Assembly: GCF_964194155.1 (NCBI RefSeq)
Contig: NC_135882.1
Coordinates: 135,470,001 to 135,534,000 of the forward strand
Direction: 5' to 3'
Length of the DNA stretch: 64,000 bases
DNA from: Cetorhinus maximus
Lineage: Eukaryota
Positions 35,901-47,599 of the stretch are shown here, in pieces; positions within the stretch are counted from its first letter, which is position 1, and every line of letters begins with the position of its first letter. Position numbers and translations under genes: made by a program. Under the pieces are notes generated by a model. That model worked only from the letters and a program-made list of their open reading frames with translations. It searched no databases and was not told the origin of the DNA.

Positions 35901-37615
35901 GAACACTGTATATTACAGTGTTTATCTGATCCATTAGCTTGATGATGTCTTCAGTCACATTTGCAAACATCAATATTCCAACAGGTGTCACTGTTTACAA
36001 ATCGGACGTGGGAATGCTGCTGGGTGTTTGTTAGCTCAGAAAGGCTGAATCAGATGTAGAACTTTCATAGTATCCCAGTGATTTGGAATATCTAATTTAG
36101 CAAAGAGTAAATATCGGTTTAAGAAAATATTACACATTCAGCAGCTATTGTTCATTATTTTAATGGAATATTTATAATAAATGAGCTGATTAAAATAAAC
36201 ATAGCATCCATCGGTACTGAAAAATGTGTAGCTGAGAGATGATAATTCAATCAGAGCTTTAAGTACCATGTCTTGGACCCTCATCTCTAAATATGGAGGT
36301 TTGTTGGTTCAAACTCCACTCTCAGATTTGAACACCTGATCTCGGTCAACAACACAGGGTAATACTGAGGTAGTACTGCACTGTCAGGCTGGTCACTCTA
36401 TGTTAAATGCAATTGTTGCCTGCCTGTTTCACTGGTTCCAGTGATTGACATCCTTCCAACTACAATAGATGATGGCAATTGTTTAAAAATTTATTATTTC
36501 AGAGGATGTGGGCATCACTGGCTAAGCCAGCATTTATTGCCTGTCCAAAATTGCCCTTGAGAAGGTGGTGGTGAGCTGCCTTGAATCGCTGCAGCCCCTG
36601 TGATGTAGGAACACCCACAGTGCAGCTAGGAAGGTCTGTGAAGGAACAGTGATATAGTTCCAAGTCAGGATGGTGTGTGGCTCAGAGACGAACTTGCAGG
36701 TGGTGTTGTTCCCATACATCTGCTGCCCTTGTCCTTCTGGGTGGTAGAGGTTGCAGGGTTTGAAGGTGCTGTTAAAAGAACCTTGGTAAGTTGCTGTAGT
36801 GCATCTTGTAGATGGTACACACTGCTGCCTCTGGGCATTGATGGTGGAGGGAGTGAATGTGGTGGTGGTGGTGGATGAGGTGCCAATCAAGTGGGCTGCT
36901 TTGTCTTGGATGGTGTCGAGCTTCTTGAGTGTTGTTGGAGCTGCACTCATCCAGGCAAGTGGGGCGTATTCCATCAGACTCCTGACTTGTGCCTTGGACA
37001 GGCTTTGGGGAGTCAGGAGGTGAGTTATTTGTCACAAAAATTCCCAGCCTCTGATCTGTTCTTGGAGCCACAGTATTTATATGGTTGTTTCAGCTCAGGT
37101 TCTGGTCAATGGTAACCCCCAGGATGTTGTAACATGGACGGAATTTACATATTGTCTTACTGCCACTGATCAGTGTGTTTTGTATGTAAGTGATGCGTGA
37201 TTTATTACCCTCAGAGTGGTTGTCCCAATTTATATAATTCCAGCACCAAGCTCATTTTTAGGTATGCCTGGTGCTGTTCCTGGCATGCCCTCCTGCACTC
37301 TTCATTGAACCAGGGTTGATCACCTGGCTTGATGGTGATGGTAGAGTGGAGGATATGCCAAGCCATGAGTTTACAGATTGTGGTTGAGTACAATTCTGGG
37401 GCTAATGGCCCACAGCACTGCATGAATACCAAGTTTTGAGTTGCTAGATTTGCTTGAAATCTATCCCATTTAGCACGATGGTAGTGCTACACAACACAGT
37501 TGAATGTACCCTCAAGGTGAAGACGGGGCTTCATCTCCACAAGGACTGTGCAGTGGTCGCACCTACCAATGCTGTCATGGACAGATGTACCTGTGACAGG
37601 TAGAAATGGTGAGGT

Positions 37616-38349
37616 TCCGTTTTGCGGAACACCTGCGGTCTGTCCGCAAGAAAGACCCAAACCTCCCTGTCGCTTGCCATTTTAACACTCCACCCTGTTC
37701 TCTTGCCAACATGTCTGTCCTTGGCTTGCTGCATTGTTCCAGTGAAGCCCAACGCAAACTGGAGGAACAGCACCTCATCTTCCGACTAGGCACTTTACAG
37801 CCCTCCGGGCTGAATATTGAATTCAACAACTTTAGATCTTAAACTCCCCCTCCCCCCATCCCCACCCCGTTTCTTTCCCCCCCCCGCTTTTTTTTCAATA
37901 ATTTATATAGATTCTTCTTTCCCCACCTATTTCCATTATTTTTAAATCTAAAACTAAAACCTTTAGTCTTTCCACCCCACCCCCACTAGAGCTGTACTTT
38001 GAATATCCTGTCTTCCATTCTTGATTAGCACTTTTCTCAGACAAAGACCACCACCTTCGACACCTCTTTGACCCTTTTGTCTGTGACATCTTTTGATTAT
38101 CTGCTCATCTCCACAATCACCACACCACACCCTCAATGTGTCTCCCCCCCCCACCCACCTTAAACCAATTTATATATCTCCCTTCTTCTAACTATGCTCC
38201 AGTTCTGCCGAAGGGCCATGAAGGCTCGAAACGTTAACTGATTTCTTCTCCGCCGATGCTGCCAGACCTGCTGAGTTTTTCCAGGTAATTCTGTTTTTGT
38301 TTTGGATTTCCAGCATCCGCAGTAGCTTTTAGCTTTTTGTTTTTATATA
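37616..38349 (+). mobile_element. Penelope-like element (family 1) 3' part: GIY-YIG C-terminus, 3' UTR and hammerhead
   Basis: RFAEHLRSVRK..LPVACHFN...RKLEEQHLIFRLGTLQPSGLN* is a typical PLE endonuclease end. TGAGG is duplicated at both sides. Confidence 0.9.
38200..38240 (+). ncRNA. Minimal type-I hammerhead ribozyme motif (core mutated)
   Basis: CAGTT-CTGccGA-A-GGGCC-atgaa-GGCTC-GAAACGTT-AACTG: stem I CAGTT/AACTG, stem II and palindromic stem III. Confidence 0.7.
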
Positions 38350-39869
38350 TGAGGATGAGGTCAAGTAGGTTTTTCCCTCTTGTTGCTTCTCTCACCACCT
38401 GCTTCAGACCCAGTCTAGCAGTTATGTCCTTTGGGACTCAGCCAGTTCAGTGATGAACATTGCAGCCCCCCCACTCAGAGTACATTCTGTATCCTTGCCA
38501 TCCTTAATGCTTCGTCCAATTGGTGTTCAACATGGAGAAGTACTGATTCATTAGCTGGGTGGGGGAGAGGGAAGAGGGATTGGTGGTAATCAGCAGGAGA
38601 ATTCCTTGCTTATGTTTCACCTGATGCCAAGAGGCCTCATGTGATCCAGAGTCAACATTAAGGACTCCGAGGCTGCAACTCCCTCCTGACTGTATACCAC
38701 TGTGCTGCCACCTCTGCTGGGTCTGTCCTGTAGGTGGGAAAGAACCTACCCAGGTATGGTGATGGTGGTGTCTGGGACATTGTCTGTAAGGTAAGATTCA
38801 ATGAGTATGACTATCTCAAGCTGTTGCTTGACTGGTCTGTGGGACAACTCTCCCAATTTTAACACAAGCCCCAAATGTTAGTAAGGACCACTTTGCAGGA
38901 TCGACAGAGCTGGGTTTGCTGTTATCATTTCAGTGCCTAGGTCCATCTGATTCCATTCCTTTTAGGCTTTGTAGCAGTTTGCTAAAACTGAGTGACTTAC
39001 TAGGCCATTTCAGAGGTCAGTTAAGAGTCAACCACATTGCTTTGGATCAGGAGTCACATGTGGGACAGACCAGGTAAGGATAGCAGATTTCCTTTGCTAA
39101 AGGGGCATTAGATGGGTTTTTTAAGACAATCAGCAATGGTTTCATGGTCACTATTACCAAGATTAGCTTTTATTTCTAGATTCAGTAATTGTATTTAAAG
39201 TCCACCACAGCTGCTATGGTGGGATTTGAACCTGTGACCCCAGCCATAGCCCGGGTTGTTGGGTTACTAGTCCAATGACATTCCCACTACACCATCTCCA
39301 CTGCAGTCTCAGAGCTTTATTGAGCTCAGGTGAGATCATCTGCTGCACTTATTTTATTGGCAGAACAATCCAATTCTAGAAAAGCAAATTCTGCCACAAA
39401 TGCTGCACATGAAGCTGTCCCTTGCTGCTGGTATGGGATGATCTCTGCTGACATCTTGTTTGCAGGGCTGGCATGTGCTTTGAAGATTTTGAAACCACAT
39501 GTCATTGTGGCAGCAAATTCCTGCCCACAGCTCGTGTCGCCATTTGCATCAATCATCAGCTAGAGTTTCGCATTTGTCCTGATTGATGCTGTGGTTACAT
39601 TAGAGATCACAGAATAAAACTCCTATGAAGGCTCCTCAATTTCCCAACATAACATCAGTGGAAAACCCCCTACTGAAAAAAATGGCAAAAATCAACACAT
39701 AGCATTTTTTCCAGTTTCCACCCCATCTACCACTGGAGGTGCAGCGGGAAGTCTGGGTGAAATGTCATATTAGTTTCAGCCACCTCTATTTTAGTGAGTT
39801 CTCCAAGTTTTCTGGCCAGCATTCCTCCCTTAATTGTTACCGAGGTGAACTGATCATTCATCTCATGAC

Positions 39870-40190
39870 TCTTTCTATCTCTGTAACCTCCTCCAGCACT
39901 ACATCGCCATGGGAACTCTGCATTCCTCCAACTCTGACCACTTGCGCATTTTCCACTCCTTGTGCCCCACCATTGGTGGCAATGCCTTCAGGCATATAGG
40001 TCCTATGGAATACCTCCCTAAACATCACCATTTCTCTCTCCTCCTTTGAGACTTGTCTTAAACCCTATCTCTTTGACCGAGCTTTTGGACACCAGCCTAA
40101 TGTCCTCTTTGTCTTGGTGCTAATTTTTCTGTCTGATTATGGGCTCGCAAAGCACCATAGGATGTTTTCCCCTTTAAAAGTGCTAGCTGT
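39870..40190 (+). mobile_element. L2-type LINE 3' end
   Basis: ctctgtaacctcctccagc...ctctttgaccgagcttttgg; a similar sequence starts at 63890. Confidence 0.6.
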
Positions 40191-40409
40191 TAAGGTTATT
40201 TGTGGGATCTTTCTGTCTGCAAAATGGCTGCTCAATTGATTATGCTATAAAACTTAACTGTAAGTCATTTGTAACGTTCTTTGGATGTAATGAGGTGCTA
40301 TATAAATACAAGTTTCTTTTCCCAATAAGTCAGCTGAGCTACACTGCTGTACCTGCAGCCTCAAATGCTTCATATTGCCCTATCTAACTCACTCTCTGTC
40401 CAGGTGCCA

Positions 40410-40668
40410 TGCCCTATGAGGCATGGTGACCATGGACTTCTATGGTTATGCTTGGCAAGGTACTACAGTAGTTTGCCATTGCTTTCTGTAGGTGGCTGAC
40501 CTGGAATCTCTGCTGTAGCCATAGTTTGGAAGGATTCACAAGTTGACACTCAATCTGTTTGGCCATATTATTAATGTATCTTTCTTGGCCATCAAGTCTC
40601 AACATGGGACTTGAACCTTGAGCTTCTGGCTCAGCAGTAGGGATGCTATTACTGTGCCACAAGACTAA
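40410..40668 (-). mobile_element. tRNA-headed SINE with RTE-like tail
   Basis: Minus strand: gtggcacagtaatag...ggttcaagtccc head and ggcaaactactgtagtaccttgccaag tail. Confidence 0.55.
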
Positions 40669-40806
40669 CCCCCAAATGACCATAGGGTGAATTACAATAT
40701 GGACTGCAGCTAACATATCGAAAATTGTTCTGTTTTGTTTAATGTGCGGTTTGCAGATTGAGTGTAAATTTTAAACAAAGCTGACAACCAACTTCTATTT
40801 TTATTA

Positions 40807-40944
40807 TAAAAGCAAAATATTGCGGTGCTGGTAATCTGAAACAAAAACAGAAAATACTGGAAGAACTCAACAGCTCTAACAGCATCTGTGGAGAGAAAAA
40901 CAGAGTTAACGTTTCAAATCCGTATGACTCTTCTTCAGATTCTT
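40807..40944 (-). mobile_element. Short Penelope 3'-end copy with intact hammerhead core
   Basis: 15-bp TSD cttctatttttatta; minus strand reads CTGAAGA-A-GAGTC-atacg-GATTT-GAAACGTT-AACT. Confidence 0.85.
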
Positions 40945-41227
40945 CTTCTATTTTTATTACCTTTTTCATTCATTCTTGGGATGTGGGTGTCACTGGCATT
41001 TCTTGTCCACCCATCTCTAGTTATCCTTGAGAAGATGGTCAGAGTCCTTCTTTCATCATTTGGCCTGAAATACCTAAATACTCAAAGTGTTGTAAGTTCT
41101 TGGAATGAAATGCTAAGAGGACTAAGAACCTACTGATGCTCCCACAGATTTAAATTGTTTTATAAAGTAAGCTCATGTACCATGTAGGTAAGAAATAGTA
41201 GACCCCACTTACAGTTCTAGGCTGTTG

Positions 41228-41435
41228 GGTGTGGTTCAGTGGTAGCATTCTTGTCTCTATATTACATGGTTGTGGGTCTGGCTGTAGATCAGTGGTAGCA
41301 TTCTTGTCTCTATATTATATGGTTGTGGGTCTGGCTGTGGTTCAGTAGTAGCATTCTTGTCTCTATATTACATGGTTGTGGGTCTGGCTGTGGCTCAGTG
41401 GTAGCATTCTTGTCTCTATATTACATGTTTGTGGG
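41228..41435 (+). repeat. Four tandem 53-bp copies of a SINE tRNA head
   Basis: gtagcattc recurs at 41242, 41295, 41348 and 41401. The last unit continues into B box gggttcaaatccc and the SINE body. Confidence 0.92.
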
Positions 41436-41589
41436 TTCAAATCCCACCATATAGCCTTGAGCACAAAATCAATGCTGACACTTCAGTGCAAGTCAGAGAG
41501 TGCTGTGCAGTTGGAGGTGCATCTCCTGATTAGCTGGTAAACTGAAGTCCTGTCTGTCTTCCTGGATGGATGTAGTGGATCCCTTTTTT

Positions 41590-43165
41590 TACTCATTCCT
41601 GGGATCTGGGCATCACTGGCTAGGCCAGCATTTATTGCCCTTGAGAAGGTGGTGGTGAGCTGCCATCTTGAACTGCTGCAGTCCATGTGCTGTAGGTACA
41701 CCCACAGTGCCATTAGGGAGGGAGTTCTGGATTTTGACTCAGTGACAGTGAAGAAACGGCGATATACTTCGAAGTCAGGATAGTCAGTGGCTTGGAGGGG
41801 AACTTTCAGGTGGTGGTGGTCCCATGAGTCTGCTGCCCTTGTCCTTCTAGATGGTAGTGGTTGTGGGTTTGGAAGGTGCTGTCGAAGGAGTGTTGGTGAG
41901 TTCCTGCAGTGCATCTTGTAGATGGTACTCATTGCTTCCACTGTGCATCGGTGGTGGAGGGAGTGAATGTTTGTGGATGGGGTGTCAAGTAAGTGGGCTG
42001 CTTTGTCCTGGATGTTGTCAAGCTTCTTGAGTGTTGTTGGAGCTGCACTCATCCAGGCAAGTGGGGAATATTCCATCACATTCCTGATTTGTGCTTTGTA
42101 GATGGTGGACAGGCTTTGGGGAGTCAGGAGGTGAATTACTCTCCACAGGATTCCTAGACTCTGACCTGCTCTTGTAGCCACAGTATTTATATGGCTAGTC
42201 CAGTTCAATTTCTGGTCAATGATAACTCCCAGGATGTTGATAGTGGGGAATTCAGCAATGGTAAAGCCATCGAACATCAAGGTGTGATGACTGGATTCTC
42301 TCTTGTTGGAGATGGTCATTGCCTGGCACTTGTGTGGCGCAAATGTTACTTGCCACTTGTCAGCTCAAACCTAGATATTGTCCAGGTCTTGCTGCATTTG
42401 GACATGGACTGCTTCAGTATCTGAGGAGTCACAAATGGTGCTGAACTTTGTGCAATCATCAGAAAACAACCCCACTTCTGACTCTATAATGGAAGGAAGG
42501 CCATAGATGAAGCAGCTGAAGATGGTTGTGGACACTATCCTGAGGAACTCCTGCAGTGATGCCCTGGAATTGAGATGATTGACCTCCAGCAACCATCCTC
42601 CTTGTGCCAGGCATGACTCCAACAGCATAGAGTTTGCCCCCTGATTCCCATTGACTCCAGTTTCGCTAGGGCTCTTTGATGCCACACTCGGTCAAATGTT
42701 GTCTTGATGTCAAGGGCATTCGCTCTCACATTACCTCTGGAGTTCAGCTCTTTTGTCCATGTTTGAACCAAGGCTGTAATGCTGAGTGACCAAATTGAGC
42801 ATGAGTGAGCAGGTTATTGCTAAGCAAGTGGTGCTTGATAGCGCCGTTGATGATCCCTTCCATTATTTTTCTAATGATCAAGAATAATCTGATGGGGCTG
42901 TAATTGGCCGTGTTGGATCTGTTCTGCTTTTTGTGTACAGGACATACCTGGACAATTTTCCACATAGCCAGGTAGATGCTAGTGTTGTAGCTGTACTGGA
43001 GCAGCTTGGCTAGGGGCATGGCAAGCTCTGGAGCACAAGTCTTCAGTACTATTGCCGGAATATTGTCAGGGCCCATAGACTTTGCAATATCCAGTGCCTT
43101 CAGCTGTTTCTTAATATTACGTCGAGTGAATCAAATTAACTGAAAACTGGCATCTGTGATGCTGG
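41590..43165 (-). mobile_element. CR1/L2-group LINE, 5'-truncated, RT pseudogene, inserted in a Deu SINE
   Basis: GPDNIP..LKTCA, ALDIKTTFDRVWH, LFSDD (RT catalytic motif), ILGV.IDQKLNW. Confidence 0.9.
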
Positions 43166-43328
43166 GGATCTTTGGAGGATGGTCCTCTGATGCTACTTTG
43201 AAGATGAGCAGTTCTGCTGATGGTTTGGTCAATGTTTATCCCTCAACCAACATCTGAAACAGATGATTAGATCATTACTTCATTACAGGCTATGGAAACT
43301 TGCTGTGCATGTGCAAATTAGCAACTGT

Positions 43329-43985
43329 GGCCTGAATTTTACCCTTGGCGGGAATGTAAGATCAGTAGGCCCGGGTGAAATGGACTGCTGACAGCGATCA
43401 GCCCCCGACCACAATTTCATGCTGGCTGGCCAATTAATGGACAGCCAGCAAGAGATGCGTGCTGAAAAGCTCAGCGCTTCTGTGGGGTTGGGGGGGGAGT
43501 TGGTGGTGGGAACAGTGATGACGTCACTGCAGGCACATGGCTGAGCACTGTGAGGGAGCTCTCAAGGCAGACAGCTGCCTAAGGGACCTATAAGCCTGCA
43601 AATAATTAAATAAAGGTGTAAAAAGCTGCAAAAAAAATCTCAATGAATCACAATCAAGCATCTGAAAGCAAACCTCATAAAAATGCTATCCGCAGATATT
43701 TAGTTTTATTTTATTTTATGACGGAGATTTCATCCCACCCTTGGACGAGGTCGGATGAGAAATGTAAAGACCGCCTGGCTGATTGGCCCGTCCACCAGCC
43801 GTGAAGTTGGACGGGCCATGACAAATCGCAGACAATTGCGCCGTTAATGGGCTTAATTACCCTCTTAATTGCTGCCGGGCGCACTTCCGTCTTTTGCGTG
43901 CGCGAGCAAAATATCGCGCGAGTGCGACGCTCATCCGACGTCATCTCGCGCGATTTTGCGCCCGATCAGGTCAGGCACGCACCTG
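43329..43985. mobile_element. Harbinger-type MITE (family A-related), right TIR missing
   Basis: Starts ggcctgaatttt; interior homologous to 10297-10943. Confidence 0.8.
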
Positions 43986-44680
43986 CATTACAACAGGGAC
44001 CTGACTTCAAAAGCACTTCATTGGCTGTCAAGCGCTTTGGGGCATCCTGAAATTGTGAAAGGCACTATATAGATGCAAGTATTTCTTTCTTTCTGATTGA
44101 GCTATCCTCAGTCTTGACAGTAAGAGGGAGGCTGCAATTGGTTTCAGTGTGCCAGAGTTAAGCAGCAGAACAAAAGCAGCTGGAGTTCGCACTCCTGATC
44201 ACTATTCAGACCCCCCTGATGGATAGTCTGTAAAAATGTCAAATCAAGTTAGGAGCAGAGGTGACTGTCCTGACATTCCCCAATACACAAGAACTGCTCC
44301 AAAACATAAACCATTGTAAGTTCTGAAAACTTTTTTTAAAAAAGACAACCCCCAGGGTTTTCAGCAATGTCCTGCTATTCCACTGCAGCTTGTGATTGAA
44401 TGAGCTCATGAAGAAAGAATGCTGTAGAGCTGATATTCTCATTCAATTAAATCAATTTTCCCAACTTCTGCTGAGTTAGCTTATTTCAGCTTGGAAAGCT
44501 ATGGAGAGATACTGCATTTGAGCCTTTGCATCCCCCGCGGAGGGGAGAAAAAGAGCAGTTGATGTCCACACTCTTTATCGCCATCCAGTGATTCTGGCTG
44601 AAAAGACTGTGTGGGTGAGGATGGGATTGGGCACCACTGTTGTACCTCCGCAGTTGAATAGCCTGAGAATCAGTGTAGAG

Positions 44681-46153
44681 CAATGGCAGCTGATCCGTGG
44701 CTCGTGAGCCGCATGCGGCTATTTTACAAATAAAGTTCGTCTCCCGGCGGATTCAGTGACAGAAGCAAAAGATTTCTCCGCCTGAAACTGTTGAAAGACA
44801 AATTTCAGAATTCTTTTTAAATTTCATAAGTGAGGTACATTGTCATAGACTCATAGACGCCTAGATGTCTACAGCAAAGAGTGAAGCCTTCAGCCCGTCG
44901 TGTCCTTGCCAGTCAACAAAGATCTGACTGCACTAATCCCAATTTCAAGCGCTTGGCCCATAGCCCTGGAGGCTATGGCAACGCAAGTGAATCTCTAAAT
45001 AATTCTTAAATGTTATGAGAGTTTCTGATTCAACCACCTTTCAGGCAGTGAGTTCCGGACTCCAAAAACCCTATGGGTGAAAACATTTCTCCTTAACTCC
45101 CCTCTTAGTATTTTACCTCTTACCTTAAATCTATGCCCCCTGGTTATTGACCCCTCTACTAATAGAGAAGGTGCCTTCCTATCCACCCTATCTATGCCCC
45201 TCATAATCTTATGCACCTCTATCAGGTCCCCTCTCAACCTTTGTTGCTCCAAGGAAAACAGCCCCAACCTATCCAATCTTTCCTCATAGCTCAGACCCTC
45301 CAGCCCAGGCAGCATCCTGGTAAACCTCCTCTGCACCCTCTCCAGTGCAATCACATCCTTCCTATATATCCTGGTTGTTCTAATCACCTCAGTCAAATCA
45401 GATAGTTCAGACAATCTTTCTGAACATTCAAAGGTCTACAAACTCAACGATTTCTTAGTTTGATAAATCATGCAATTCAGGTGGAACTTGCCCATCCTTG
45501 TGGAGGTGGGATTGGCGTCTAGAAAAATAGCGGAAATTGCCGTTGGGTTGACTGTTCTGAAGTCTTCCTGCTATCTGCCATCTTTACAGGGACGGAATGG
45601 GAGTGAAGTCTGAAACCCCTGTGGCTGAGGTGGGTAGTCATTGAGGCAGTCAATAGCATTCAAGAGTCTTTTTACATTTGCAATGCCTCTTTCCCAATGG
45701 CACACTGGTCACATGTTCCGTCGGCAACTTGACAGGTTAGAAAAAACGAATACAGTTTAACATTGGTCAGTTTCTTTTAACGTAATTTCCAATTGGTCTG
45801 ACTTAAGGCCATGTGACCCAATCAGCGTCAGTTTGGAGCAGCACCTCCGGCTCCCTAACTCACCACTCACTATTGACCCTCCAACGTGCAGTCTCTGTTG
45901 TTCCCTGATTTTCAAAAGACCTATCTCCAGGATGGAGACTCACAAGGCCTCTACCTCTAGCAGTGATTAGCCCTGATAATTGTAATTATCATCTGACTTA
46001 AGGGATATTACTATTCTAATAGTTTCATTAAGGTGGAGTTTAATTGAATCGAGCAATCATATTGAATATGTAAACAGGTTGTCTGTTTCTTGCGGCTTCT
46101 GAATTAAGATTATTGTATATGGCACTAAGGCTCAGAAAGTTTGGCCACTCCTG
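44681..46153. mobile_element. hAT (Charlie-like) non-autonomous element with nested CR1 and MITE
   Basis: Left subterminal gtggctcgtgagccgcatgcggct, right terminus aaagtttggccactcctg. The left flank gtgtagag resembles nTCTAGAn, but no matching TSD was found. Confidence 0.55.
44845..45365 (-). mobile_element. CR1 LINE 3' fragment
   Basis: YRKDVIALERVQRRFTRMLPGL..LSYEERL..LGLFSLE..RLRGDLIEV is the canonical CR1 ORF2 end. Confidence 0.92.
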
Positions 46154-47599
46154 GAGGCTCACCTTTGAACCCGACTAGTTTGCTGATGTCATTTGGGGAA
46201 GGAAACCTGTCACTTCCTAGCCAGTGATGGGTTTCTCATACACCCTGATACCCAGGTCCAACCGAGTGGCAAAGGTTGCGAGTTTGGGAGGTGCTGCTAA
46301 AGAAGCCTTGGCAACTCGCTGCAGTACATCTTGTGGTTAGCATACTGTGGCTGTAATGGAAAACTGGCTATTAATCTTTAGACCTGCTAAAGAATAGCAG
46401 GAGATATCTGACAAATCGCACAACCTGCACTATAATGTAAGTCATGGATGACGAAAAGTCAACATTATCTTTGTTTTTCACTCTCCACTGGTCATGTCAG
46501 ACCTGCTGAGCATTTCCAGCATTTTCTGTTTTTACCTCAGAGATGCTTTGTTTGTCCATACCACCAAATTTCCACATGGGAAACAACCAGCAGCATGAGA
46601 TTTATTTTACTGTTTGATTATAAATTCTGACAATATAGGGCATTAAGATGCACCCTTCCTCCATATACAGAAAGGGACTCCATTCTATGAATATGTAGTT
46701 AGCTGTGACCATATGTACAGAATTAAACCCACTACCCCAGCAGTTTCCACCACTCATTTACTTTATACCGATCCATCATTGCATCACTATTTGAAATCCT
46801 AGTATAACTAGGTAGATGGCTGCTTACTCCATTAAGGAACTAAAATCCAAGATCAGAGGAGTGACATAAAGTGGAGAATTCAGTTGCTCAGGTCTTGTTA
46901 GGGTAGACCCTTGTTACCTTAAAGAAAGGATCAGACACATGAACTGATTGAGTAGGTGATGAGGGGATGGGGAGGGTGGGTGACATGGAGGCTATGGGAG
47001 GAGGGAGAATCTATAATAACAATGATATGCAGATTTTGTCTGTCTGGGTTGTTTTGATTGGTCAGTTTAAAGAGTACATCTGTTGGAGGTTTTACTTGGT
47101 ACGGACTGCAGCGTTTCAAGATGGTGGCTCACCACCACCTTGTCAGGGACAATTAGGGATGGGCAATAAAAATGCTGGCCAAGCCAGCGATGCCTACCCT
47201 GTGAAAGAATTTAAAAATTGGTGGGTGGTGGGTCTAACTACTCAGTATCTGAATATTACATTAAACTGTCATCACACAGGTGCAGAACAATAGAGTATTG
47301 CAGAATGGCTTCACAAAACATAAAGCACTCCACAAGGGGTGGGGGGTGGGGAGGGGGGTGGGTGGCGGATGTATTGGAGAGGGACAGCATGGGAGGGGAT
47401 GAGGTGTGAATGGCATGGGGGGGGAGACAACATAGGGGAAATTCATGAGAGGTATGGAATGAGGGTTGTGGTGGATGGGACGGGATGATGTGAGAGGAAT
47501 GAAAGGAATGGGTTGTGTATGGCATGAGAGGGGTGGCATGGGAAGAATGGAATGATATGGGATGGGGACTTAAAGAGATACCGTTGCAACGAAGATACT

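Larger units (their letters stand above)
36500..39298 (-). mobile_element. CR1/L2-group APE-RT LINE retaining both ends (internally deleted, Penelope insertion)
   Basis: 3' tail at 36500; RT C-terminus MEYAPLAWMSAAPTTLKKLD; KPGDQPWFNEECRRAC linker. APE motifs (LTNIWGL, IVILIESYL, DRPSRGGSTVVY) lie at 38680-38895, and a tRNA-like head at 39210-39298. Confidence 0.85.

Noticed and set aside
39210-39298. A/B-box sequences as tRNA genes (also 23050-23112, 52405-52460 and others)
   Set aside because: No intact cloverleaf; each continues into a SINE or LINE body.
41228-41435. Regular repeats suggestive of a CRISPR array
   Set aside because: Pure head-to-tail tandem units with no unique spacers, derived from a SINE head, in eukaryotic DNA with no cas genes.
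41483-42319. Longest ORF (278 aa) as a host gene
   Set aside because: It is the RT C-terminus of a multicopy LINE present at least five times in the window.
44200-44226. Fourth CTCF-like motif
   Set aside because: Weaker match and lies inside an old SINE-like repeat.
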